From Chiloscyllium plagiosum (Eukaryota), in assembly GCF_004010195.1 (NCBI RefSeq), contig NC_057719.1, positions 21,589,940-21,609,939 on the forward strand: 20,000 nucleotides of DNA, written 5' to 3'. Below are positions 1-9,489 of the stretch, in pieces. A model generated the notes under the pieces. It did no database searches. It saw nothing but the letters and a program-made list of their open reading frames with translations, and had not been told where the DNA came from. Numbering within the stretch: the stretch's first letter is position 1; the number at the start of each line of letters is the position of its first letter. The translations under genes were made by a program, and so were the position numbers.

Positions 1-90
1 TGGTGAAGAGCTTATGCTCAAAACATCAATTCTCCAGCTCCTCAGATGCTGCCTGATTGACTGTGCTTTTCCAGCACCACACTCTCAACA
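1..90 (+). mobile_element. Short PLE-derived pLTR repeat with decayed hammerhead motif (cut by window edge)
   Basis: TGGTGA-A-GAGC-TTAT-GCTC-AAAAC followed by ...CAGATGCTGCCTG...TGTGCTTTTCCAGCACCACACTCT. Visibly homologous to 15801-15896 (+), 2647-2738 (-) and 19816-19944 (-). Confidence 0.7.
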
Positions 91-517
91 CATATTAGAT
101 ACTCAAATCAACTCAGGAGCTATTGATTATATATTATCACATTACATCATTGAAGGTATATTTCAGCAAATGTCACTCCATGGTACAGTCTATGAGGGAC
201 TGTTTCACAATATACAATGGATTGCCAATTCTTTGCATGGGTGGAATCACAATGCAGTACCAAGCTTATCTTGGCTTTCCAATCTTTTCTACCTGGCAAA
301 AAGCAATTATACAGCTGTGGCTGGACTATCAGTATGCACATTATGTCACAATTCATTGAGATTTAAACCACAATCAACATAATATGGATGTGCTGGTATT
401 GAACTGGGGTGGGCAAAGTTAAAAATCACAGAACACCAGGTTATAGTGCAACAGGTTTATTTGGAAATACTATCTTTAGGAGCACTGCTCCTACATCAGG
501 TAGCTGTGGAGCAGGAT

Positions 518-594
518 CATAAGACACAGAATTTATAGCAAAAGATCTGTGTCATGCCATAAGACACAGAATTTATAGCAAAAGATCAGTGTCA
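518..594 (+). repeat. Tandem duplication, 40-bp period
   Basis: CATAAGACACAGAATTTATAGCAAAAGATC(T/A)GTGTCA at 518-554 and 558-594. Confidence 0.95.
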
Positions 595-761
595 AATCAC
601 AATGTGATTGAAAGAAGTTCTGGGATTTACATATTAATGATCCGAAACCTGCAACCCATTCTAAAAGATGAGAGACTTAACAGCAATCTAGGTCTGTTCA
701 ATATACTGTATCAGTTGCATGCGTGATGCTGTAATCTTGTCTTTTGATCCTGCTGCACAGC

Positions 762-796
762 TACCTGATGAAAGAGCAGTGTTTCGAAAGCTAGTA
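762..796 (+). ncRNA. Minimal type-I hammerhead motif, core intact but stem II degenerate
   Basis: TAC-CTGATGA-A-AGAGC-AGT-GTTTC-GAA-AGCT-A-GTA: stem I UAC/GUA, palindromic AGCU in place of stem III, CUA cleavage triplet. Confidence 0.6.
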
Positions 797-2309
797 CTTC
801 CATATAAACCTGTTGGAGTATAATGGTGTTATGTGATTTTTAATAATCAATATAGCAGAACAGGCCACATGTGGTATAATTAAGTCCATCAACAATCGAC
901 AAGAATATGACTTCAAAGTGAGATATAAGTAAGGTACCAGCTGATTATGTTTGATCAAATTAACAAAATAAAATAATACCAAGATATCATTCTTAATGTG
1001 CACATCAATGCTCTTCACTGTGAAATTGAGACATTTTCAAGGTTGATCTGTAAAACTTAACTGAGTCATTGAGAACAATTGGCAACTGTTGAAAATAAGC
1101 AATGGAACAGTTGTAAAAGAGTAGTCTCCAGTTCTGTCCTGACAGTTTCAGCAAATTACCTAAAAATGTAATTTTAGCCAGACAGAGACAAACTTGGGAG
1201 ATCACTGTTTGGTCATTTTCAAGAGCAAACAATTCTGAACATGGAAAAGAAATACTAAGTTAATCCATGGGTACTGAACACAGGAGACACTAGCATATGG
1301 ATTTGTGTTTTGGCCAGGGATGAATCAGGGTTTGTACTGTCTCCTGAATTAATGTGCACCATGTGAAATATTTGCCTCAGTAGTGGAGGCACAATGGAGC
1401 CTCTCTATCCACATGATTTTCAATCCACTCTTTTGAGGAAATTAGCAACAGACCTTTTCACAGTATCTGGGGAAGATTGCATCTCTATGATGGATTACTT
1501 CTTTAAATTTTGCATTCTTTGATTATTTAACAGTACAACAAACATAGGCATCCAGTGTAAATCACACCAAGACATTTACGATTATGGTAATTCCTTTTTT
1601 GAAGGTTTGAAAACTAGCTCACACCAATGCATGACACACCAATCATGCATGAAGTGTGTGGAAGGAAAATCCAGTGATGATTGTGCAGTGATAACAACTA
1701 GCACCAAGAGAACATTATCAAACAAATGCAACAGAGAACAATGGGTATTTCTCCACACGTGTACATGTTTACTAGATCAGGGCAATTTGTCAAACTTACA
1801 AGCAATAAGTTAAAGCTTGAAATATTAATCCGATAAACTCTGTTTTAGCTATTTGTACGACTATTGAGTTGACAGCATGTACAATCATATGACCACATCA
1901 ATATTTGTTTGGGATAAGTTTTTACCTATATCAAAGAGGGATGTTGTATTTGGTCTCACAGTCAGAATTTATGTATTTCAGAATACATTTAATAGTTATG
2001 TTCATGTATCATCAGTGCATTGTATTGTGTAACCTGAAGGTCCAAAGATCTCATACTCCATCCTAACTTAGAACCTTTGAAGCATCATACTTTAAGGAGC
2101 ATACTTCTCTGTTGTAATGCAACAGCTGAAAATTAGCCCAGTCACTAAAGTAACTGAGCAATGTACTATTTACGTATCACAAATCATTACAATAAATATA
2201 TTGCATTCATGCCCAGATTCTAATGTTATGGGAGATAACATAAACATTATCACTTCACCCTGTTGGAGGCAAAATTGTTCCAATAAACCATTCATTAAGT
2301 TTTATTCCT

Positions 2310-2570
2310 TTGTTTCTGGTCTCAACTGCCTTCCTCACATAACCTTTTCTGACTATGCACTCAAAAACCAAAGCTTTGTTCCTTTACTAAACTCCCTTTA
2401 CATTGCATCTGCTTCTTCTTTAAGATGCTCTTTGAACCTCACTTCTTTAGCCAGGTTTTTGGCCACCCATTTAGTGCTTCCTCTTTAGCTCAGTGTTCAT
2501 TTTTTCAGCTCTAGAGCATCTTGTGCTTTATTTCTATATTGAAGTACTCTATAAATTCAGGCTAGTATTA
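2310..2570 (+). mobile_element. Old L2-type LINE 3' end remnant
   Basis: TTAAGATGCTCTTTGAACCTCACTTCTTTAGCCAGGTTTTTGGCCACC...TACTCTATAAAT resembles the fish/shark L2 ORF2 end and 3' UTR (from memory of the consensus). Confidence 0.5.
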
Positions 2571-2574
2571 CAGT

Positions 2575-2640
2575 CCTAGTAGTGATAATGAGTATGGTGC
2601 TGGTAGTGATAACAATAGTGCTGCTATTGATAGTAGTTGA
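2575..2640. repeat. Decayed trinucleotide microsatellite (AGT/GAT/GGT-like)
   Basis: TAGTAGTGATAATGAGTATGGTGCTGGTAGTGATAACAATAGTGCTGCTATTGATAGTAGT has period-3 structure. Confidence 0.55.
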
Positions 2641-2646
2641 GTTTAA

Positions 2647-2788
2647 GAGATTGAAGAGTGTGGTGTTGGAAAAGCACAGCTAGTCAGGCAGCATCCAAGG
2701 AGCTGGAGAATTTTTGTTTCCAGCATATGCCCTCCATCCTATGCTCTTTGATTCTGATCTCCAGCATCTGCAGTCCTCACATTCTCTG
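2647..2788 (-). mobile_element. PLE-derived pLTR repeat: inverted arm plus short forward 3' tail
   Basis: 2652-2738 is the reverse complement of the 1-90 repeat. 2749-2788 (TGATTCTGATCTCCAGCATCTGCAGTC) matches the reverse complement of ~19827-19850. Confidence 0.7.
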
Positions 2789-4342
2789 AATTTAAGCGAT
2801 TATGTGTAATGCTCAATCAGCCAGATAGACAAAAATCTTCCTTCCAGTTTCACAACATCCTGTGTTCCCAAGCTGTACGCCATCAATTTAATTGCATCAA
2901 AACCCACTTAGTAGTTTTCAGTAGCATGATAGATCTTAAATCATTACCAGGAGCTGTTTATTAAAAATAGGTTAATGAAGTGTGACACCAACTGTCCAGT
3001 GCGATAAGCTCGGTTTTCCTTCGTCAGATTTGAAAAAGGTGATCCTAAAGACATAAGGTTCTACCAAGTTGCTGAATGAATCATCTGAGAAACAGAGGTG
3101 GATTGATTATTTTGTGTAGCACTGATTCAAACAGCCCAGCATAACCTTATATTGATTTCCTGAAGGCTGATACTGCTACAAACTGTTCTATGCATGATAT
3201 CATTGGAGGATGCCATGTGGACCACATAGGTAGCTTGACATGGCACCATTTGAAGAAATATTTTCCTCAAAAGCCTTTCCTATCTGCAGTACAGAGATAG
3301 AGTTCCTTCTTATAGACTCTTGAGCCCTAGACTACTATGCTGAAGGAATTTGTAGGCCAATCTAATCAAGAATTATATTGATATGGAGCATAGTTCCCAG
3401 GTTTCTTCTTCATACCTTCACATCTCAAATTGTTTTGAACTTTGTAACAAGGAAGTACAAGAGCAAGGCAACATAACTGTTTTTCTTAATTCATTGTTTA
3501 CAATATTAAGAAGAATAATGACTTTTTCACCATCTTACTATGACGTATTGAGTCAAAAGGTGGGACTATCTCTGGACTTTAGCTTGATTCATGTTAATAA
3601 ATTGGGATTCCATGATGTACATGGACCATTGATGACATTTTCATCCATCCCGGAGGGCAGCACTCACAACTGCCAAATGCCATTTAACCAAATGTAGCCA
3701 CTGAGAAGCTACCAAAGTAGGGTAAAAGTATTTTAATTCATGGCAAAGCAGGAATGCTCCTTTATACCTGCAAATAAAGTCGTGGAGATTTCCAGCCTAT
3801 CTACCCAAAGGCAAAATTTATGTTTACATCAAAACTGACTTCAAATGAAGTCCAGTTTTGAGTGAATCTCAGCTCATATGGCAGATGAAAGCCTGATGAT
3901 TATAAATTTCTGAAGCAAGATTAGTTTGGTCAGTGTCAATCCATTTGGGTGTAAGGTGGCCCTAGAGTTTAAAAAAACTCTCCTCAGTTCAGTGCTAATT
4001 GACCATCTAAGAGAGGCTATAGTGTGGCAAATAGAAAGCTGTCATGCAGGCACAAAGCAGAAAACTGATCCCAGTTGCTTATGGACTGACACTGAGAGGG
4101 GTTAGATTTCATTGAGAAATCTCTCTCTAGTCCATTTTATTAACAAAAGGATATATGTGGAAGTCTCAGAGAAATGTTGTAAACGTAATGCTTCCAGGGT
4201 TTCACAGGGATCCCCTGTGGAAGTTACAGGGATACAGTCAAAACAATCAGTCTTGGAAGTTTGTACTCATGATCCAGTTTGCATTACAGTTTCAAAGTCA
4301 CAACCCAATTGCTTCGCTCCAAGTTCGGTAATTGTTGTATAA

Positions 4343-4443
4343 GCCTGATGAAAGGTTATCAACCAGAAACCTTAACTCTTTGTTCTTCTAGAGATCCTGT
4401 TGACTATTTCCAACATTTCTTGTGCATATTTCAGAATTCCAAC
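4343..4443 (+). mobile_element. Old PLE pLTR remnant with decayed hammerhead
   Basis: CTGATGA-A-AGGTT-ATC-AACCA-GAAAC-CTTAACTCT...ATTTCCAACATTTCTTG...ATTTCAGAATTCCAAC. Same layout as the reverse complement of 8530-8646. Confidence 0.6.
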
Positions 4444-4777
4444 TCTTGTACAGTGGTGGACTGTTCAAGAAACTGCATCAAATGCCCCCTAATTTAGTAA
4501 AACAACATCATTGTTTGTGGGATGCATGTTATCCTAAATCATGTACTTTTCTTCTTCTGTGTGGTGAAAAGATTCCTAAAAGTGCATTGTTTTTCTTCTG
4601 GGCATTAATTTTATTTGTCGACTCGTGTTTTCGTAAGTGTTCCATTGTAGTTGAGGACTCAGCAACATTCCACACTTTGGAGTTGTTCCAGTGAAGAGAT
4701 TCACCTTTTTGCTCAAAGCATGTCTTCTCTGACAGATAATCTAAGGTACAAAATCTAACAAAATAAAGTATAATCTA

Positions 4778-5702
4778 ATCATGCCTGACAAAGTTATGAG
4801 AAGTATTTGATGAGGGAACAAGCAGCACAGATAAAGGGGAGGCAGCGGACATAATATATTTGGATTTTCAGAATGCATTTAATGAAGTACTACATCTGAG
4901 GCTACTTAATAAGAGCCCATGGTGTAGTATATTAGCATGGATAGAGGATTGGTTAACAAATAGAAGATAGAGAGTTGAGACATTTTCAGGATGGTAACCT
5001 GTAACTACTGATTTGCCACAAGGATCATTGCTTGGGTCTCAAATATCGACCATAAATATTTGTGAACTTGGTGAGGGACACGAATGAATTCTAGCCAAGT
5101 TTGCAGATGACACAAAAATAGGTGGGAAGTCAGTTGGTGAGGATGACACAAAAAGTGGGCAAAGGAAAGTAGGCAGATTAAACAAAACAGTAGGCAAAAA
5201 CAGTATTTTTAAGGAAAGGTGAGCTGGCATTGAAAGCACTCCAGAGAAGGTTCATTCGGCTGATAACAGTTATGGAGGGAATGTCTTATCCAGACAAATA
5301 AGGTAGGTTGGGCCTGTAGAAGAATGAGAGGTGATGTTAAGATTCATGAGGGACTTGACAGGGTAGATACAAAAAGGTTTCCCCTGGTGGGAGATCTGAA
5401 GGCAAGAGGCCATAATCGCAGAATATAGGGTCGCACATTTAAAACAAAGATAAGGTGGAATTTCCTCTCTCATAGGGTAGTGAATCTATGGAATTTTTTA
5501 CTGCACAGGGCTATTGAGATTGGCTCGGTAATGCAGAGAGAGATTGATTTTTAATCAATAAGACAATCTAAGATTATGAGGACATGCTAGGAAAGCAGAA
5601 TTGACGATTATCAGCTCAGTCATGATCTCATTGAAATGGGGGAGAAGACTTGATGGGCAGACTGACCTCCTTCTGTTCCTGTGTCATTTGGTTTTATAGT
5701 CT
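4778..5702 (+). mobile_element. CR1-clade LINE, 5'-truncated decayed RT C-terminus and 3' UTR
   Basis: SCLTK..., DKGEAADIIYLDFQNAFNEV (cf. VDVIYLDFQKAFDKVPH), AKFADDTKIGG at ~5094; CR1-type 3' end ATGGGCAGACTGACCTCCTTCTGTTCCT. Confidence 0.85.
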
Positions 5703-6373
5703 ATCTTGGATAGTCCTGCATATAAGAATGGGTGAGATTCTTATTAGTTCATCTCATTCTATTATATTACACAAAATCCTACTCTCAAGGGAATCACTGG
5801 ACTGGAAATAATAGTAAAACAATTAATTCATTTTTGGCAACATGTTTCAAGTAGAAACCTTATATTATCAGTGTGTATTATCTCTTGCCTTTTATCCTTC
5901 CATATCTATTCCTTTTATCGAATAGACAAAAAAATGAGTTTGAGAATCATCATTGCCAAGTAAGGAGGGGGTTTTGCCAGCCTTCTTTTTCAAGTCCTCT
6001 TCATCAGTTGCAATTAAATCTTCCTATTTATTTTAAATATACTCTTATCGCAGTTCATTAAAAATGTGGTTTGTTAGGAACTGAATGAACAAGTTACCAA
6101 TGTTTCTCCTGAGCTCTTTCAGCGATATGGGAGCTGCTGTCTTTGCCAGCATTTGTACCCATCTCTCATTGGTCAGGAGACAAAAAACGTTGCGATGGAT
6201 TTTGAATGACACGTAGGCCAGGCAAGGTGAAGATGGCAGATTTCCTTTCATTAGTGAGCAAGCTGTGACAACAGTTGCATGGTAACCATTAGATTTGCCT
6301 TGAATTCCAGATTTTTAGCAAATACAAATTTACCATTGCTGTGGTTCTGTTCGCCGAGCTGGAAGTTTTTGTT

Positions 6374-6413
6374 GCAAACGTTTCGTCCCCTGGCTAGGCG
6401 ACATCATCAGTGC
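6374..6413 (-). ncRNA. Minimal type-I hammerhead ribozyme (mirror copy)
   Basis: Exact reverse complement of 7182-7221. Confidence 0.75.
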
Positions 6414-7181
6414 TTGGGAGCCTCCTGCGAAGCGCTTCTTTGATGTTTCCTCCGATGTTTATAGTGGTCTGTCCCTGCCGCTTCCGGTTGTCAGTTTCAG
6501 CTGTCCGCTGTAGTGGTTGGTATATTGGGTCCAGGTCGATGTGTTTGTTGATGGAGTTTGTGGATGAATACCATGCCTCTAGGAATTCCCTGGTTGTTCT
6601 CTGTCTAGCTTGCCCTATGATAGTAGTGTTGTCCCAGTCGAATTCATGTTGCTTGTTGTCTGTGTGTGTGGCTACTAAGGATAGCTGGTCGTGTCATTTC
6701 GTGGCTAGTTGATGTTCATGTATGCGGATTGCAGTACACCAGAACTGCAAAAAGAAGAAGAGGAACACCTATACAAGGTATTCGCCAAAAACGGATACCC
6801 GCGCAACTTCATCAACAGATGCCTAAGAGAAAGACCATGGAAAGAGGACATACCACAACCAAAAGGACTAGCCACACTACCATACATCAGGAGCATCTCG
6901 GAACTGACAGCCCTGGCTAGGCGACATCATCAGTGGGACAACACTACTACCATTCGACTGGGACAACACTACTATCATAGGGCAAGCCAGACAGAGAACA
7001 GCCAGGGAATTCCTAGTGGCATGGCATTCATCCACAAACTCCATCAACAAACACATCGACCTGGACCCAATATACCAACCACTACAGCGGACAGCTGAAA
7101 CTGACAACCGGAAGCGGCAGGGACAGACCATTATAAACACCGGAGAAAACATCAAAGAAGCGCTTCGCAGGAGGCTCCCAA

Positions 7182-7221
7182 GCACTGATGATGTCGCCTA
7201 GCCAGGGGACGAAACGTTTGC
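7182..7221 (+). ncRNA. Minimal type-I hammerhead ribozyme
   Basis: GCA-CTGATGA-T-GTC-G-CCT-AGCC-AGG-G-GAC-GAA-ACGT-T-TGC: stem I GCA/UGC; stem II GUC/GAC plus CCU/AGG; palindromic ACGU stem III; GUU triplet. Confidence 0.75.
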
Positions 7222-7699
7222 AACAAAAACTTCCAGCTCGGCGAACAGAACCACAGCAACGAGCACCCGAGCTACAAATCTTCGCACAAACTTTGAACAA
7301 ATTTACCATTTTCTCTAGTAGGATTCAAACCCATGTCAGGGATCTAAATTACAAGCTCAGTGACTTTACTACTAAATGACTGTATACTGAGTGAAAAAAA
7401 GAAGAATTTTTATATCTATTAACCTTGAGGGAAACAAAATAAAACTGACCTAATGGTATAAAGGCCACAAAAAAACCTGAAAAAGTGGGAAGATATTTTT
7501 ATCATTAAAAAATTGTGAAAAATCATTTAGAGAAGATTGGAAACCCAGTATGCAAGTGCAGAGATATTATATTACAGAGAAATAGCTTTTTAATAAAGCC
7601 TGAAACAGTAAATCATGAAATAATAAATGGTTAATATAATCTGAAACTTTACTGAATGATTCACTAATCAATACATCAAGAAGTGGTGGAGAAAATATA

Positions 7700-8400
7700 T
7701 ATAATTATTCCCGGTAGGTTCAATATGAGTGGACTGTACAGACCAGAAGATTAGATTTAATGGAAGCAACAGTTCCAATGCTAAGACTGAACCTGAGTAC
7801 CTGAAACTGTATTATGTTCATTTTGTTTCTGATTGGGGATGATGCTATTAACAGACTTGGCATCAAAGAGACTTTTGAAGCTGCACAAAGCTATTGATAA
7901 TTAATCCAATTTAAGAAAAAAACATTATTCTTGAACAGGCAACATTTAACAGAAGAGTTCACCATCCAGAAGAATCTGTTGACAATTTCATTCATTATCT
8001 CTACAGATTATTGAAAAGCCATGAGTGTGGAACCGAGATGTCAGGGACAGAACAAACAGAATTCTTGTTGCAATTTTAGATGAAATTTTGTTGGACTCAT
8101 TGTCTTGTGAGAAATCGATTCAAATTGAACTGAAAGAAGAAAGCTACAAGACTGTCAAATGCTGAGAGGAAAAGACCAACACTACCACAAGAAGGCAACT
8201 AACTCTTAGCATTGTGAGATATGGAGACTCTGAAGAGGCACATGTTACAACACAATATCAGCACTATAAAAGCACATGTGGTTGCTAGAATTGACAGAAT
8301 CCCAGCCATTTCTGATGAATACTACATTTGCAAATCTTCTAAGCTACTTCCACAGAATGTGTACAGGCAAAACAGTTTCAGAACAGTGGAAGTACTAGTG
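7700..8400 (+). mobile_element. Decayed Gypsy-like gag
   Basis: From 7921: NIILEQATFNRRVHHPEESVDNFIHYLYRLLKSHECG, then after a frameshift DRTNRILVAILDE...EKSIQI (cf. NVIFERAKFNRRxQxxGESVDxFIxDLYRLAxxCEYG...IRDRIVVGIxD...EKAIQI). PAISDEYYICK near 8302 looks like an eroded zinc knuckle. Confidence 0.75.
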
Positions 8401-8514
8401 GTCGTACACATTGAGAATTCTACACTGCAGAACAGCCATTATCATTAGAAAAGATACATATTTTATGAGATTCAGTCTTTGGAGAAGGCTCCAAAGCCAA
8501 TATATTCTTATAGG

Positions 8515-9480
8515 ATAAAATGAAAACTTTGGATGTTGGAAATCTGAAATAAAAACAGAGGTTGCTGGAGAAACCCAGCAGGTCTGGCAGCATCTGTGGG
8601 GAGAAAACAGCTGACATTTTGACTCCAATGACTCTTCATCAGAACTAATAGCTCCTGGGAAAAGGTGATATTTATGCTGAAGACAGTGTCTGGGGGGAAA
8701 GGGTGAAGGAGAGATGAGAAGATAGTTGAAGATGGAGCCCAGAGAGAGAGATATATGAAAGGAATAGGCAGACAGGGATTGTTGATATTAAGTCAGTGCA
8801 GAAGAGAAACTGAATAAGTGATAACGAGAGCTAAGAGTAGGTGAGAATGAGTTGGATATGCTGAAAGCAACTCATGTCATGATAGCACCAGGGTTTGGGC
8901 TGGGTAGAAAACATGGCAGGATATAATCAGGCTCTAAAGTTCTCAATTTCTCTGCTGAATCTTCAAGGCTGCAGGGCCCCAAGATAAAGATTAGATCAGA
9001 TTCCCTACAATGTGGAAACATGCCTTCAGCCCAAAAAGTCCACAGCAACCCTCCAAAGAGAAACCCACCCAATCTCATTTCCCTACGTTTACCCCTGACT
9101 AACACACCTAACACTATGGGCAATTTAACTTGGCCAATTCACCTAACTTGTGCATCTTTGTTCTGTGGCAGGAAACCCATGCAGACATGGGGAGAATGTG
9201 CAAACTCCACACAGACAGTCGCCCAAGGCTGGAATCAAACCCAAGTCCCTGGCACTGTGAGGCAGCAGTGCTAACCACTGAGCCATCGTGTCACCCTATT
9301 CTTCTTGGCTTGTACTGAGGTTTGTTGGAGGTCTGAGGCTGAAATTTTGGTGTGGCACATGGTGATGTGTTGACATGGCAGACAACTGAAACCTCAGGGT
9401 TCTTTTTACAGGCAAATTGTAAGTGTTTTGAAAAGAGGTCACCCAGTCTGCATTTCATCTACCTGATGTAGAGGAGATGT
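8515..9480 (-). mobile_element. Old PLE 3' fragment (GIY-YIG remnant plus pLTR with decayed hammerhead at 8609-8646), split by an HE1 SINE
   Basis: Minus strand reads LLYIR near 9475 (cf. LLYIGET) and FILG near 8985 (cf. LIFRLGTLQPxGLN). Terminus AGTT-CTGATGA-A-GAGTC-ATTG-GAGTC-AAAAT-GTC-AGCT...CCACAGATGCTGCCAGACCTGCTG. Confidence 0.7.
8988..9296 (-). mobile_element. HE1-like V-SINE (tRNA-derived head, V domain, CR1-like tail)
   Basis: Minus strand: A box TGGCTCAGTGG, B box GGTTTGATTCC, V domain TGTGTGGAGTTTGCACATTCTCCCCATGTCTGCATGGGTTTCC, tail TTTCCACATTGTAGGGAATCTGATCTAATCT. Confidence 0.9.
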
Positions 9481-9489
9481 AGGTGATTC

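Larger units (their letters stand above)
388..843. mobile_element. PLE terminal fragment with inverted pLTR arms (419-526 and 738-843)
   Basis: 419-526 is the approximate reverse complement of 738-843. Each arm carries a hammerhead-like motif (468-502 -, 762-796 +). Confidence 0.75.
95..1810 (+). mobile_element. Heavily decayed Gypsy-like LTR retrotransposon pol (RNase H to integrase), interrupted by a PLE at ~388-843
   Basis: Hand translation: QEYDFKVRYK*G at 900 (RNase H end, cf. LQxYDFxVxYKPG); FWPGMNQG...CAPCE at 1308 (integrase HHCC region); EPLYPHD...KLATDLFTVSGEDCISMMDYFFKF at 1397 (cf. EPLxPH...KVGTDLF...YLLVVDYYSKF); EQWVFLHT near 1736 (cf. WGFxHxTSS). RNase H precedes integrase, as in Gypsy. 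Many stops and frameshifts; boundaries approximate. Confidence 0.7.
6336..7259. repeat. 308-bp inverted repeat (6336-6643 / 6952-7259)
   Basis: Arms are reverse complements with about 7 mismatches by manual count. ORF-track peptides 6410+ and 7185- are nearly identical. Confidence 0.95.
6338..7296 (+). mobile_element. Young, truncated and rearranged Penelope-like element with inverted pLTR and 14-bp TSD
   Basis: + strand 6730-6912 encodes CSTPELQKEEEEHLYKVFAKNGYPRNFINRCL...LPYIRSISE (PLE RT thumb/linker, NGYP motif). The 3' arm encodes FDWDNTTIIGQARQRTAREFL.AWHS...SIN and the inverted arm IRIHEHQ (GIY-YIG C-terminal half). TSD ACAAATTTACCATT at 6324-6337 and 7297-7310. Confidence 0.9.
6122..7380 (-). 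mobile_element. Old tRNA-derived SINE split by the PLE insertion (halves ~6122-6337 and ~7297-7380)
   Basis: Left half CGTAGGCCAGGCAAGGTGAAGATGGCAGATTTCCTT is homologous to 12438-12473. Right half holds the reversed B box GGATTCAAACCC (cf. GATTTGAACCC at 12560). Confidence 0.6.

Noticed and set aside
518..594. CRISPR-like repeat pair
   Set aside because: Only two adjacent units separated by 3 bp, no spacers, no cas genes, vertebrate context.
14..3697. ORF-track ORFs over 100 aa (14-382, 2117-2488, 3383-3697)
   Set aside because: No recognisable protein features. The first two run across unrelated repeat remnants, and all are consistent with chance ORFs.
4112..4342. 76-aa + strand ORF with possible splice sites (4150-4328)
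   Set aside because: Weak acceptor, no recognisable motif and no compatible partner exons.
6336..7259. TIR DNA transposon or MITE interpretation
   Set aside because: The arms encode GIY-YIG C-terminal sequence and hammerheads, and the centre encodes a PLE RT linker. No transposase is present.
8008..8289. Apparent + strand exon ending LSIVRYGD...YQHYKSTCGC*, resembling a TGF-beta C-terminus
   Set aside because: It has in-frame stops, lacks the other cystine-knot cysteines, and is better explained as Gypsy gag.
9225..9296. tRNA gene
   Set aside because: The A and B boxes belong to the HE1 SINE head and run directly into the V domain.
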